Assembly (NCBI GenBank): GCA_964426725.1
Contig: CAYRRV010000015.1
Span: forward strand, 7,765 to 71,764
Length of the DNA stretch: 64,000 nucleotides
Direction: 5' to 3'
Source: an uncultured Bacteroidales bacterium
GTDB taxonomy: Bacteria; Bacteroidota; Bacteroidia; Bacteroidales; CAYRRV01
Below the pieces are notes generated by a model. That model saw only the letters and a list, made by a program, of their open reading frames with translations, did not search any database and had not been told where the DNA came from. Both the position numbers and the translations under genes were made by a program. Positions 56,696 to 64,000 of this stretch are shown here, piece by piece (position 1 is the first letter of the stretch; each line of letters begins with the position of its first letter).

Positions 56696-58489
56696 ATGAC
56701 AAAATATAAAATGCACTTGATGGTTTGTGCTGGAACGGGCTGCAGGGCATCCGAGAGTCAAGCAATTGTAGATAACCTGAACACGATTCTCGAGGACAAA
56801 AACCTGCAGGATGAAGTACAGGTTGTTTCCACGGGTTGTTTTGGCTTTTGTGAAAAGGGGCCTATCGTGAAGGTTTTGCCCGACAATACCTTTTACACGG
56901 AAGTAAAACCCGAAGATGCCAGAAACATCATTGATGAGCACGTGGTAAAGGGCAGAATAGTAAACAAGCTTCTCTATAAAGATCCCGTGAACAAAGAAGA
57001 AATAAGCGATTCCAAGCACATGGGGTTCTACAAGAAACAAATCAGGATTGCCCTCAGGAATTGCGGATTCATCAACCCCGAGAATATTGACGAGTATATT
57101 GCACGAGATGGATACATGGCACTGGGTAAGGTTCTCAATGATTATTCCCCGAGGGAAGCTATTGATATTATTAAAGCTTCCGGTTTGCGCGGTAGAGGTG
57201 GCGGAGGCTTCTCGACCGGCCTCAAGTGGGAAATCACATATAACAGCAAGGCCGACATGAAATACGTGGTATGTAACGCTGACGAGGGAGACCCGGGTGC
57301 TTTTATGGACCGCTCTATTCTCGAGGGAGACCCCCACTCAGTAATTGAAGCCATGGCAATTTGCGGATTCTGCATTGGTTCTTCCAAGGGACTTATATAC
57401 ATAAGGGCAGAATACCCGCTGGCCATTAATCGCTTGAAAATTGCCATTGCCCAGGCCAGGGAATTAGGCTTGCTGGGTAATGATATCATGGGAACCGGAT
57501 TTGATTTTGATGTTGAACTTCGATATGGTGCAGGTGCATTTGTTTGTGGTGAAGAAACCGCGCTCATTCACTCGATGGAAGGCAGTCGTGGTGAACCAAC
57601 ATTCAAACCTCCTTTCCCTTCAGAAGAAGGTTACCTGGGTAAGCCCACCAACGTGAATAACGTGGAAACTTTTGCCAACGTGCCGGTTATTATAAATAAG
57701 GGTTCCGAATGGTTCGCTTCAATTGGAACAGAAAAATCAAAAGGAACCAAAGTTTTCGCCCTTGCCGGGAAAATTAATAACGTGGGACTGATTGAAGTAC
57801 CGATGGGAACCACTCTCCGCGAGGTTATTTTCGAAATTGGAGGTGGTATTAAAAACGGGAAAAAATTCAAGGCGGTGCAAACGGGTGGTCCCTCGGGTGG
57901 TTGTCTAACTGAAAAACACCTCGATACGCCAATTGATTATGATAACCTGCTTGCATGTGGATCCATGATGGGTTCCGGTGGCATGATCGTGATGGACGAA
58001 GATGATTGTATGGTTTCTGTAGCCAAGTATTATCTTGACTTCACGGTTGAAGAATCTTGTGGAAAATGTGCTCCATGCCGGATAGGTAACAAACGTCTTT
58101 ATGAAATGCTCGATAAAATCACCAAGGGTAACGGAACAGACGAGGATTTGGATCTTCTTAAAAACCTAAGTAATGTTATCAAGGATACATCACTCTGCGG
58201 GCTGGGTCAGACAGCTCCCAACCCGGTGCTTTCCACCATGGATAATTTCTGGGAAGAATACATTGAACACGTGACTGATAAAAAATGTAGAGCCGGTTCC
58301 TGTCGCTCACTCGTTAAATATATGATCAGTGAAGAGAATTGCGTCGGTTGCACAGCATGCGCGAGAGCATGCCCCGTGAATGCCATTGCCGGTGAAAGGA
58401 AACAACTGCATACCATTGATCAGTCAATCTGTATCAAATGTGGTGCCTGTTTGGAGAAATGTAAATTTGATGCCGTTTATATTAGCTAA
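56696..58489 (+). CDS. hydB: NADH-binding flavoprotein subunit of bifurcating-type [FeFe] hydrogenase (NuoF-like HydB)
   Basis: The ATG at 56696 is preceded by AGGAGG. N-terminal 2Fe-2S domain (VCAGTGC...GCFGFC), RGRGGGGFSTGLKWE, GAGAFVCGEETALIHSMEG, ESCGKCAPCR and a C-terminal 2x[4Fe-4S]. Confidence 0.9.
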   Translation: MTKYKMHLMVCAGTGCRASESQAIVDNLNTILEDKNLQDEVQVVSTGCFGFCEKGPIVKVLPDNTFYTEVKPEDARNIIDEHVVKGRIVNKLLYKDPVNKEEISDSKHMGFYKKQIRIALRNCGFINPENIDEYIARDGYMALGKVLNDYSPREAIDIIKASGLRGRGGGGFSTGLKWEITYNSKADMKYVVCNADEGDPGAFMDRSILEGDPHSVIEAMAICGFCIGSSKGLIYIRAEYPLAINRLKIAIAQARELGLLGNDIMGTGFDFDVELRYGAGAFVCGEETALIHSMEGSRGEPTFKPPFPSEEGYLGKPTNVNNVETFANVPVIINKGSEWFASIGTEKSKGTKVFALAGKINNVGLIEVPMGTTLREVIFEIGGGIKNGKKFKAVQTGGPSGGCLTEKHLDTPIDYDNLLACGSMMGSGGMIVMDEDDCMVSVAKYYLDFTVEESCGKCAPCRIGNKRLYEMLDKITKGNGTDEDLDLLKNLSNVIKDTSLCGLGQTAPNPVLSTMDNFWEEYIEHVTDKKCRAGSCRSLVKYMISEENCVGCTACARACPVNAIAGERKQLHTIDQSICIKCGACLEKCKFDAVYIS

Positions 58490-58513
58490 CAATAATAAGG
58501 AATTGAAAGAATA

Positions 58514-60286
58514 ATGGAAAAGTTAAAGATAACTATTGACAATAAAACACTGGAAGTCGAAAAAGGAACGAGTATCCTTGAAGCAGCCAGATCCGTGGGG
58601 GTGAATATCCCCACGCTGTGTCATTTGAAGTTGCACGACCTGAACATCGAGAATAAACCCGGTGGATGCCGCGTTTGCTCGGTAGAGGTAGTCGGGAGAA
58701 GAAACCTGGCTCCAGCCTGCGCAACCGAGTGCATGGATGGAATGACCATAAACACGCATAACATCAGGGTTCTGAACGCGAGAAAAACAGTGCTCGAATT
58801 AATCCTGAGCGATCACCCGTTTGATTGCCTGGTTTGTGCTAAAAATGGTCATTGCGATTTACAGTCACTTGCCCAGGAAATGGGAATTCGCAAATTACAT
58901 TACACGGGAGAGCAATCCCATTACAGGGAAGATACATCTCCATCAATCATTCGTGAAATGGATAAGTGTATCATGTGCCGGAAATGTGAAACCATGTGTA
59001 ATGATTTCCAGACCGTGGGTGCACTCTCTGCCGTTAACAGGGGATTCGAAGCTGTTGTGGCCCCTGCTTTCGAGATGAACCTGGAACACTCACCCTGTAC
59101 TTATTGTGGGCAATGCGTGGCTGTTTGTCCCACGGGTGCATTAACCGAGGTTGATCACACGAATGCTGTTATCAGGGCACTGGCTGATCCCGGGAAAAAA
59201 GTGATCGTCCAAACCGCTCCTGCTGTAAGAGCAGCACTTGGAGAAGAATTTGGCCTTGAGCCAGGCACGAGAGTTACTGGCAAGATGGTATCGGCGTTAA
59301 GGAGCCTGGGCTTCGACTACGTGTTTGATACCGATTTCGCGGCCGACCTAACCATCATGGAAGAAGGTACCGAGTTACTCGGTCGTTTAAACGACTTCCT
59401 TGCAGGGAATAAAGATGTACAATTACCTATCTTAACCTCTTGCTGTCCGGCATGGGTCAACTTCTTTGAGCATCATTTTCCCGATTTAAAAGATGTTCCT
59501 TCTACAGCACGTTCGCCCCAACAGATGTTTGGTAGCATTGCAAAAACTTATTTTGCAGATACAATTGAAACGAAGAGGGAAGATATGGTTGTTGTTTCCA
59601 TCATGCCATGTTTGGCCAAAAAATACGAGTGCCAGCGTGAAGAATTCAGCGTGGATGGAAACCCGGATGTTGATTTTGCTCTTTCAACCCGCGAACTGGC
59701 CAACCTGATCAAACAATCAAATATCGATTTTAACTCCCTGATTAATGATGATTTCGACAAACCGCTGGGCGAATCAACCGGTGCAGCCGTGATCTTTGGA
59801 ACAACGGGTGGTGTGATAGAAGCAGCCGTTAGAACTGCATACGAGCTGCATACAAAAAAAACACTTGAAAATGTCGATTTCAAAGAACTCAGGGGTATGG
59901 AAGGTGTTCGTGAAGCCACTATTAATTTTGACGGACTGGAATTAAAAATCGGGATCGCGCATGGTCTTGGCAATGCCAGAAAGCTCTTAGAAGACGTTAG
60001 AGCGGGGAAATCTCTGTTTCACGCGATTGAAATCATGGCATGTCCCGGCGGATGTATCGGCGGGGGCGGGCAACCCCTTCATCACGGTGATTCTAGTATT
60101 ATCAAGGCTCGGCACAAGGCTATTTACGAGGAAGATGAAGCCAAATCTCTCAGGAAATCTCACGAAAACCCTTACATTGAAAAGTTATACACCGAGTTCC
60201 TGGGCAAGCCAATGAGTGAAAAAGCACATCATCTGCTGCACACGCATTATTTCGACCGGAGTAAGAGATATTTAATTAAAGGTTAG
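58514..60286 (+). CDS. hydA: [FeFe] hydrogenase catalytic subunit (group A, multimeric/bifurcating type)
   Basis: N-terminal 2Fe-2S and ferredoxin clusters plus canonical H-cluster motifs TSCCPAWV, MPCLAKKYE and EIMACPGGCIGGGGQP. Confidence 0.95.
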   Translation: MEKLKITIDNKTLEVEKGTSILEAARSVGVNIPTLCHLKLHDLNIENKPGGCRVCSVEVVGRRNLAPACATECMDGMTINTHNIRVLNARKTVLELILSDHPFDCLVCAKNGHCDLQSLAQEMGIRKLHYTGEQSHYREDTSPSIIREMDKCIMCRKCETMCNDFQTVGALSAVNRGFEAVVAPAFEMNLEHSPCTYCGQCVAVCPTGALTEVDHTNAVIRALADPGKKVIVQTAPAVRAALGEEFGLEPGTRVTGKMVSALRSLGFDYVFDTDFAADLTIMEEGTELLGRLNDFLAGNKDVQLPILTSCCPAWVNFFEHHFPDLKDVPSTARSPQQMFGSIAKTYFADTIETKREDMVVVSIMPCLAKKYECQREEFSVDGNPDVDFALSTRELANLIKQSNIDFNSLINDDFDKPLGESTGAAVIFGTTGGVIEAAVRTAYELHTKKTLENVDFKELRGMEGVREATINFDGLELKIGIAHGLGNARKLLEDVRAGKSLFHAIEIMACPGGCIGGGGQPLHHGDSSIIKARHKAIYEEDEAKSLRKSHENPYIEKLYTEFLGKPMSEKAHHLLHTHYFDRSKRYLIKG

Positions 60287-60323
60287 TTGAAAAATAATTA
60301 GTAAAAAATAAAACATTTTCGTT

Positions 60324-60809
60324 ATGTCAAGCGTTAAATTAGAACTGAAGCAGAAGGATGTTGATAAAATAAAAGAAATCTGTAAAGCATTTAACAATAA
60401 ACCAGGTGAACTTATCAACGTTCTTCACCAGGCGCAGCAAGAGTTTGGATATCTTCCCGCGGAGGTTCAGGAAGTGGTAGCTGAACAAATGAATGTTTCG
60501 GTTGCCAAAGTTTACGGAGTAGTTACTTTTTATAGCTTCTTCTCCATGATTCCGAAAGGAAAATTTCCAATCTCAATTTGCACTGGCACAGCGTGTTACG
60601 TGAGAGGTGCAGAAAAAGTTTTGGAAGAATTCAAAAAAAGTCTTAATATTGAAGTCGGGGAGACAACATCGGATGGAAAGTTTTCATTAAGTTGTTTACG
60701 TTGTGTTGGTGCATGTGGACTTGCACCTGTTGTAATGGTTGGAGATAAAGTATACGGAAGAGTCGCACCCGAGGGTGTTAAAGATATCCTCATGGAATAT
60801 GAGGATTAA
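60324..60809 (+). CDS. hydC: NuoE-like [2Fe-2S] subunit of the hydrogenase
   Basis: 161 aa. ICTGTACYVRG...CLRCVGACGLAP (C-x4-C...C-x3-C). Confidence 0.9.
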   Translation: MSSVKLELKQKDVDKIKEICKAFNNKPGELINVLHQAQQEFGYLPAEVQEVVAEQMNVSVAKVYGVVTFYSFFSMIPKGKFPISICTGTACYVRGAEKVLEEFKKSLNIEVGETTSDGKFSLSCLRCVGACGLAPVVMVGDKVYGRVAPEGVKDILMEYED

Positions 60810-60858
60810 ATCATACTGCTTTATGGCTTTATGGTTTTTAGGTTTTAGGTTTGGTAAG

Positions 60859-60893
60859 GCCTTCCGGGGTGGTTCCCGGAAGGCTTTTTTTTT
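60859..60893 (+). terminator. rho-independent terminator after hydC
   Basis: GCCTTCCGGG-gtggtt-CCCGGAAGGC followed by T9. Confidence 0.85.
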
Positions 60894-60938
60894 CTAAGGT
60901 TTTAGATTTGGTTTGATTTAGGTTTTAGGTCTGGTAAA

Positions 60939-60971
60939 ATCTCCTGATTATAATAGCAGGAGATGTTTTTT
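60939..60971 (+). terminator. second (backup) terminator
   Basis: ATCTCCTG-10 nt loop-CAGGAGAT followed by GTTTTTT. Preceded by the same GGTTTTAGGTYTGGTAA motif as the first terminator. Confidence 0.6.
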
Positions 60972-61302
60972 AGGTTCAAATTTCGAACCTAAACCCGTGT
61001 CTTTCCTTTTATTTTCTATTCACGAGCTTGCAAAATTTGTAACTCGCTCTCATACATGCTTCTGCAATATTTATTCAAGACTCTCCGTAACTAACTGCTT
61101 TAATTTTTTCATCTCATGTTTGTGGAATCTCATACTGTTCCTGGGTAATCTATTCCCCAAACGACAGTAACCGGTTAAGCACTTCAAATCGATTATTTCT
61201 TATTAGTCAGCAACTTAACCTCGCAAATCGATTTGTATTCCTTCTGCTATACTTCCACGTGGCACATTTTTTTCCATTCTTAAAATTATAAATTAGCTAA
61301 TT

Positions 61303-61638
61303 ATGGCAAAGAAAATATCAAAAGAAGACCTACAGAAGAAACTTGAACGTAACAACGAGCAGTTTCACCTTGTAGAAGTTTTAAAACCGGATGAATATTC
61401 TAACCTGCACATCAAAGGTGCCATCAACATTCCCCTCGAGAGCATAAGTAAAGAATCAAGAGCAAAATTCAGCAATGATGATGAAATCGTGGTGTATTGC
61501 TCCGACAGTTCATGCACGGCAAGTCCAAAAGCGGCTGAAAAGCTGGAAAAACTGGGATTTAAAAACGTGTATCATTTCAAGGGGGGCAAAAAGGAATGGA
61601 TAGAAGCAGGATTACCGACCGAATCAGGACAAAACTAA
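61303..61638 (+). CDS. rhodanese-like domain protein
   Basis: 111 aa. HIKGAINIP and an active-site loop region VVYCSDSSCTAS. Confidence 0.8.
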   Translation: MAKKISKEDLQKKLERNNEQFHLVEVLKPDEYSNLHIKGAINIPLESISKESRAKFSNDDEIVVYCSDSSCTASPKAAEKLEKLGFKNVYHFKGGKKEWIEAGLPTESGQN

Positions 61639-61727
61639 TGACGCGTCACGTGTAACATTGAAGAAGTAATATCCTTTTTACGACATATGGCACAGATCAA
61701 CCGTCATTTTTTCATTGACATGACACC
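61637..61727 (+). repeat. ~95-nt intergenic repeat family, copy 8
   Basis: TAATGACGCGTCAC...ATGGCACAGATCAACCGTCATTTTTTCATTGACATGACACC. The palindrome overlaps the rhodanese stop codon and the 3' block ends 23 nt before the aceE ATG. Confidence 0.8.
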
Positions 61728-61750
61728 AAATTAAAAAAGAAAACCTTATA

Positions 61751-64000
61751 ATGACCGAAAAAGAAAAACAAAGAATACACGAGGCTGAAAACAAGGAATG
61801 GCTTGATTCATTGGAATATATTATAAATAATGAAGCCCCGGAAAGAGTACAGGAAATACTCAACCTTTTGCACAACAGGGCCGCTGAAGAAGGAATTCAT
61901 TATGCCTGTCCTGCTACCTCCCCGTATATCAACACGATTCCGGCCAGCCAACAAAAGCCTTACCCTGGTAGCCGCGATATTGAAAGAAAAATCAAAAGCA
62001 TCATCCGCTGGAACGCGATGGCCATGGTTGTCAGGGCCAACAGGGAATCTACAGGTATTGGAGGTCACATATCAACCTATGCCTCGGCAGCTACCTTGTA
62101 TGAAGTAGGTTTTAACCACTTTTTCCGGGGTACTGAAAACGGGAATGCTGACATGGTCTACTTTCAGGGACATGCTTCACCGGGTGTATACGCCCGTTCT
62201 TTCCTGGAAGGCCGACTTACAAAGAAAGATTTGCACAATTTCCGTCAGGAACTGCGTAAGGAAGGTGGCTTATCATCTTACCCTCATCCCAGGTTAATGC
62301 CGGGATATTGGCAATTCCCAACAGTTTCGATGGGTCTAACTCCCATTATGGCCATTTATCAGGCCAGGTTCAACCGGTACCTTGAAGATCGCGGGTTAAT
62401 AGACAAATCAGATCAAAAAGTGTGGGCGATGCTGGGTGATGGTGAAATGGACGAACCGGAATCCATGGGTGCAATCACGCTCGCCTCAAGGGAAAATCTT
62501 GATAATCTTGTTTTCGTGGTAAATTGTAATCTCCAGCGACTGGATGGTCCGGTAAGAGGAAATTCAAAAATCATTCAGGAACTTGAAGCCGCTTTCAAAG
62601 GTGCACGCTGGAATGTTATCAAGGTCATCTGGGGCAGCGACTGGGACCCTCTCTTAGAAAAAGACAAGGATGGAGTACTTGTTTCACGCATGAATGAAAC
62701 CGTTGACGGGCAATTTCAAAAATTTTCTATTTCAAAAGGTTCCTATATTAGGGAAAATTTCTTTGGAAAAGATGAACGTTTGCTTAAAATGGTAGAAAAC
62801 TACTCCGATGAACAACTCGAAAAAATGAGAAGAGGAGGACACGATCCCGTTAAAGTTTTTAATGCATACAATGCCGCGATGGAACATAAGGGCACGCCTA
62901 CAGTAATTTTAGCTCAAACCATTAAAGGGTATGGTTTAGGTGAGGCCGGGGAAGGCAGGAACGTTACCCACCAGCAAAAGAAACTCAACGAAGAAGAATT
63001 AAGACAGTTCAGGGGCCGGTTTGGTATTCCCATATCGGATAAAGAAGTTGCAGAAGCTCCTTTTTACAAGCCCGATGAAGAAAGCGAGGAAATGAAATAC
63101 CTTCAAAAACAAAGGAAAAAACTGGGAGGATTCATCCCCGTGAGAAAAAAAGAAAATTTTCAGCAAATAAAGATGCCCAATCCAAAAATATGGGAAGAAT
63201 ACCTGAAAAGTTCACGTGACCGGGAGGTCGCTACAACCATGGTTATAGTTCAAATCATATCCAACCTTCTTAAAGACAAAGAAACAGGCAAATATATTGT
63301 GCCGATTGTACCAGATGAATCACGAACATTTGGCATGGACACGCTTTTCAGGCAAGTAGGGATATACTCCCACGTGGGTCAGCTATACGAACCCGTTGAC
63401 AGGGAAAGCCTGCTTTATTACAAGGAAACAAAAAGCGGTGCAATCCTGGAAGAAGGTATCACTGAAGCCGGGAGCATGTCTTCATTTATAGCTGCCGGAA
63501 CAGCAGGCGTTACACATGGTGTACCAACAGTACCTTTTTTCATTTTTTATTCCATGTTTGGTTTTCAAAGAGTGGGTGATCTTATTTGGGCAGCAGCCGA
63601 TATAAGGGCCAAAGGATTCATGATCGGGGGTACTTCAGGCCGGACTACCCTCCCCGGCGAGGGTCTCCAACATGCCGATGGAAACAGTCACCTGATGGCC
63701 TTCACTGTCCCAAATCTCAAAGCGTACGACCCAACCTATGCTTATGAAGTGGCCGTTATCGTGAAGGAAGGCCTCAGGAGAATGTATGTTGAAAATGAAG
63801 ATCTAATATACTACATCACCGTGATGAACGAGAAATATACCATGCCGGAGATGCCTAAAAATGTTGAAGAGGGAATCCTGAGAGGCATGTATCCTATCAG
63901 GAAATCAAGGAAAAGGAAAGAAGACCAAAAGGCAATATTACTGGGAAGTGGTGCCATTTTAAGAGAAGCATTGGATGCTGCCACTATTCTTGAAGATAAA
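61751..64000 (+). CDS. aceE: pyruvate dehydrogenase E1 component, homodimeric type (3' end outside window)
   Basis: Hand translation from the ATG at 61751 gives MTEKEKQRIHEAENKEWLDSLEYIINNE...YINTIPASQQKPYPGSRDIERKIKSIIRWNAMAMVVRANRESTGIGGHISTYASAATLYEVGFNHFFRG. Open to the window edge (750 codons). Not in the ORF track because no stop is reached. Confidence 0.9.
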   Translation, partial: MTEKEKQRIHEAENKEWLDSLEYIINNEAPERVQEILNLLHNRAAEEGIHYACPATSPYINTIPASQQKPYPGSRDIERKIKSIIRWNAMAMVVRANRESTGIGGHISTYASAATLYEVGFNHFFRGTENGNADMVYFQGHASPGVYARSFLEGRLTKKDLHNFRQELRKEGGLSSYPHPRLMPGYWQFPTVSMGLTPIMAIYQARFNRYLEDRGLIDKSDQKVWAMLGDGEMDEPESMGAITLASRENLDNLVFVVNCNLQRLDGPVRGNSKIIQELEAAFKGARWNVIKVIWGSDWDPLLEKDKDGVLVSRMNETVDGQFQKFSISKGSYIRENFFGKDERLLKMVENYSDEQLEKMRRGGHDPVKVFNAYNAAMEHKGTPTVILAQTIKGYGLGEAGEGRNVTHQQKKLNEEELRQFRGRFGIPISDKEVAEAPFYKPDEESEEMKYLQKQRKKLGGFIPVRKKENFQQIKMPNPKIWEEYLKSSRDREVATTMVIVQIISNLLKDKETGKYIVPIVPDESRTFGMDTLFRQVGIYSHVGQLYEPVDRESLLYYKETKSGAILEEGITEAGSMSSFIAAGTAGVTHGVPTVPFFIFYSMFGFQRVGDLIWAAADIRAKGFMIGGTSGRTTLPGEGLQHADGNSHLMAFTVPNLKAYDPTYAYEVAVIVKEGLRRMYVENEDLIYYITVMNEKYTMPEMPKNVEEGILRGMYPIRKSRKRKEDQKAILLGSGAILREALDAATILEDK

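Noticed and set aside
56690-57337. 215-aa minus-strand ORF (also 57142-57567 and 54432-54854)
   Set aside because: These lie antisense to hydB and to the HydS-like/DRTGG genes, which have strong motif support. They are shadow ORFs.
60971-60991. GGTTCAAATTTCGAACC resembling a tRNA T-arm
   Set aside because: There is no acceptor, D or anticodon arm around it. It is an isolated 7-bp hairpin in the terminator region.

Overview
AT-rich chromosomal segment. The gene content and signals point to an anaerobic Bacteroidota-like bacterium: a TonB-dependent receptor with a CarboxypepD_reg-type N-terminus, many lipoprotein-type signal peptides, almost no Shine-Dalgarno sequences, and a SAM-I riboswitch before metY. 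I count about 58 credible protein genes. I saw no rRNA, tRNA, CRISPR array, transposase, integrase or phage genes. Layout: (1) 1-12.9 kb holds housekeeping and envelope genes (htpG, M48 peptidase, mgsA, mltG, murB, GT4, nitroreductase, CNNM transporter), two orphan CheY-like receivers and a tandem SiaB-like GHKL protein. (2) 13.2-21.4 kb is a minus-strand amino-acid/2-oxoacid fermentation cluster: ADP-forming acyl-CoA synthetase, ACT, PaaK-like ligase, aminotransferase and a four-subunit 2-oxoacid:ferredoxin oxidoreductase. (3) 21.7-26.5 kb holds a Cache-HAMP chemoreceptor with a CheY-like receiver, plus a PAS-HisKA_3 kinase / LuxR-type regulator pair. (4) 26.8-34.2 kb holds an SDR, the carboxynorspermidine pathway (nspC plus dehydrogenase), a 720-aa secreted hypothetical protein and riboswitch-controlled metY. 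(5) 34.3-60.8 kb is a roughly 27-kb hydrogen-metabolism island: hypBA, hypFCDE, a TM1266-like ACT regulator overlapping a TonB-dependent receptor, rex-hoxFUYH-hoxW (group 3d-like NAD-linked [NiFe] hydrogenase) with a DHOD-like gene, and divergently a six-gene DRTGG / GHKL-ATPase / HydS-like / PHP module running into fdx-hydB-hydA-hydC (bifurcating-type [FeFe] hydrogenase). (6) The right end holds a rhodanese gene and a 3'-truncated aceE that the ORF track omits. Two observations stand out. First, the uncharacterised sensory-looking module in front of hydBAC, together with Rex-operator-like palindromes that tie both hydrogenases and the Ni/hyp operon to one redox regulator. Second, a roughly 95-nt intergenic repeat family with at least nine copies in the window; its 5' palindrome (GTGACGCGTCAC type) abuts gene ends, and its conserved 3' block mostly points at downstream gene starts. 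All non-ORF coordinates were hand-indexed and may be off by 1-2 nt.
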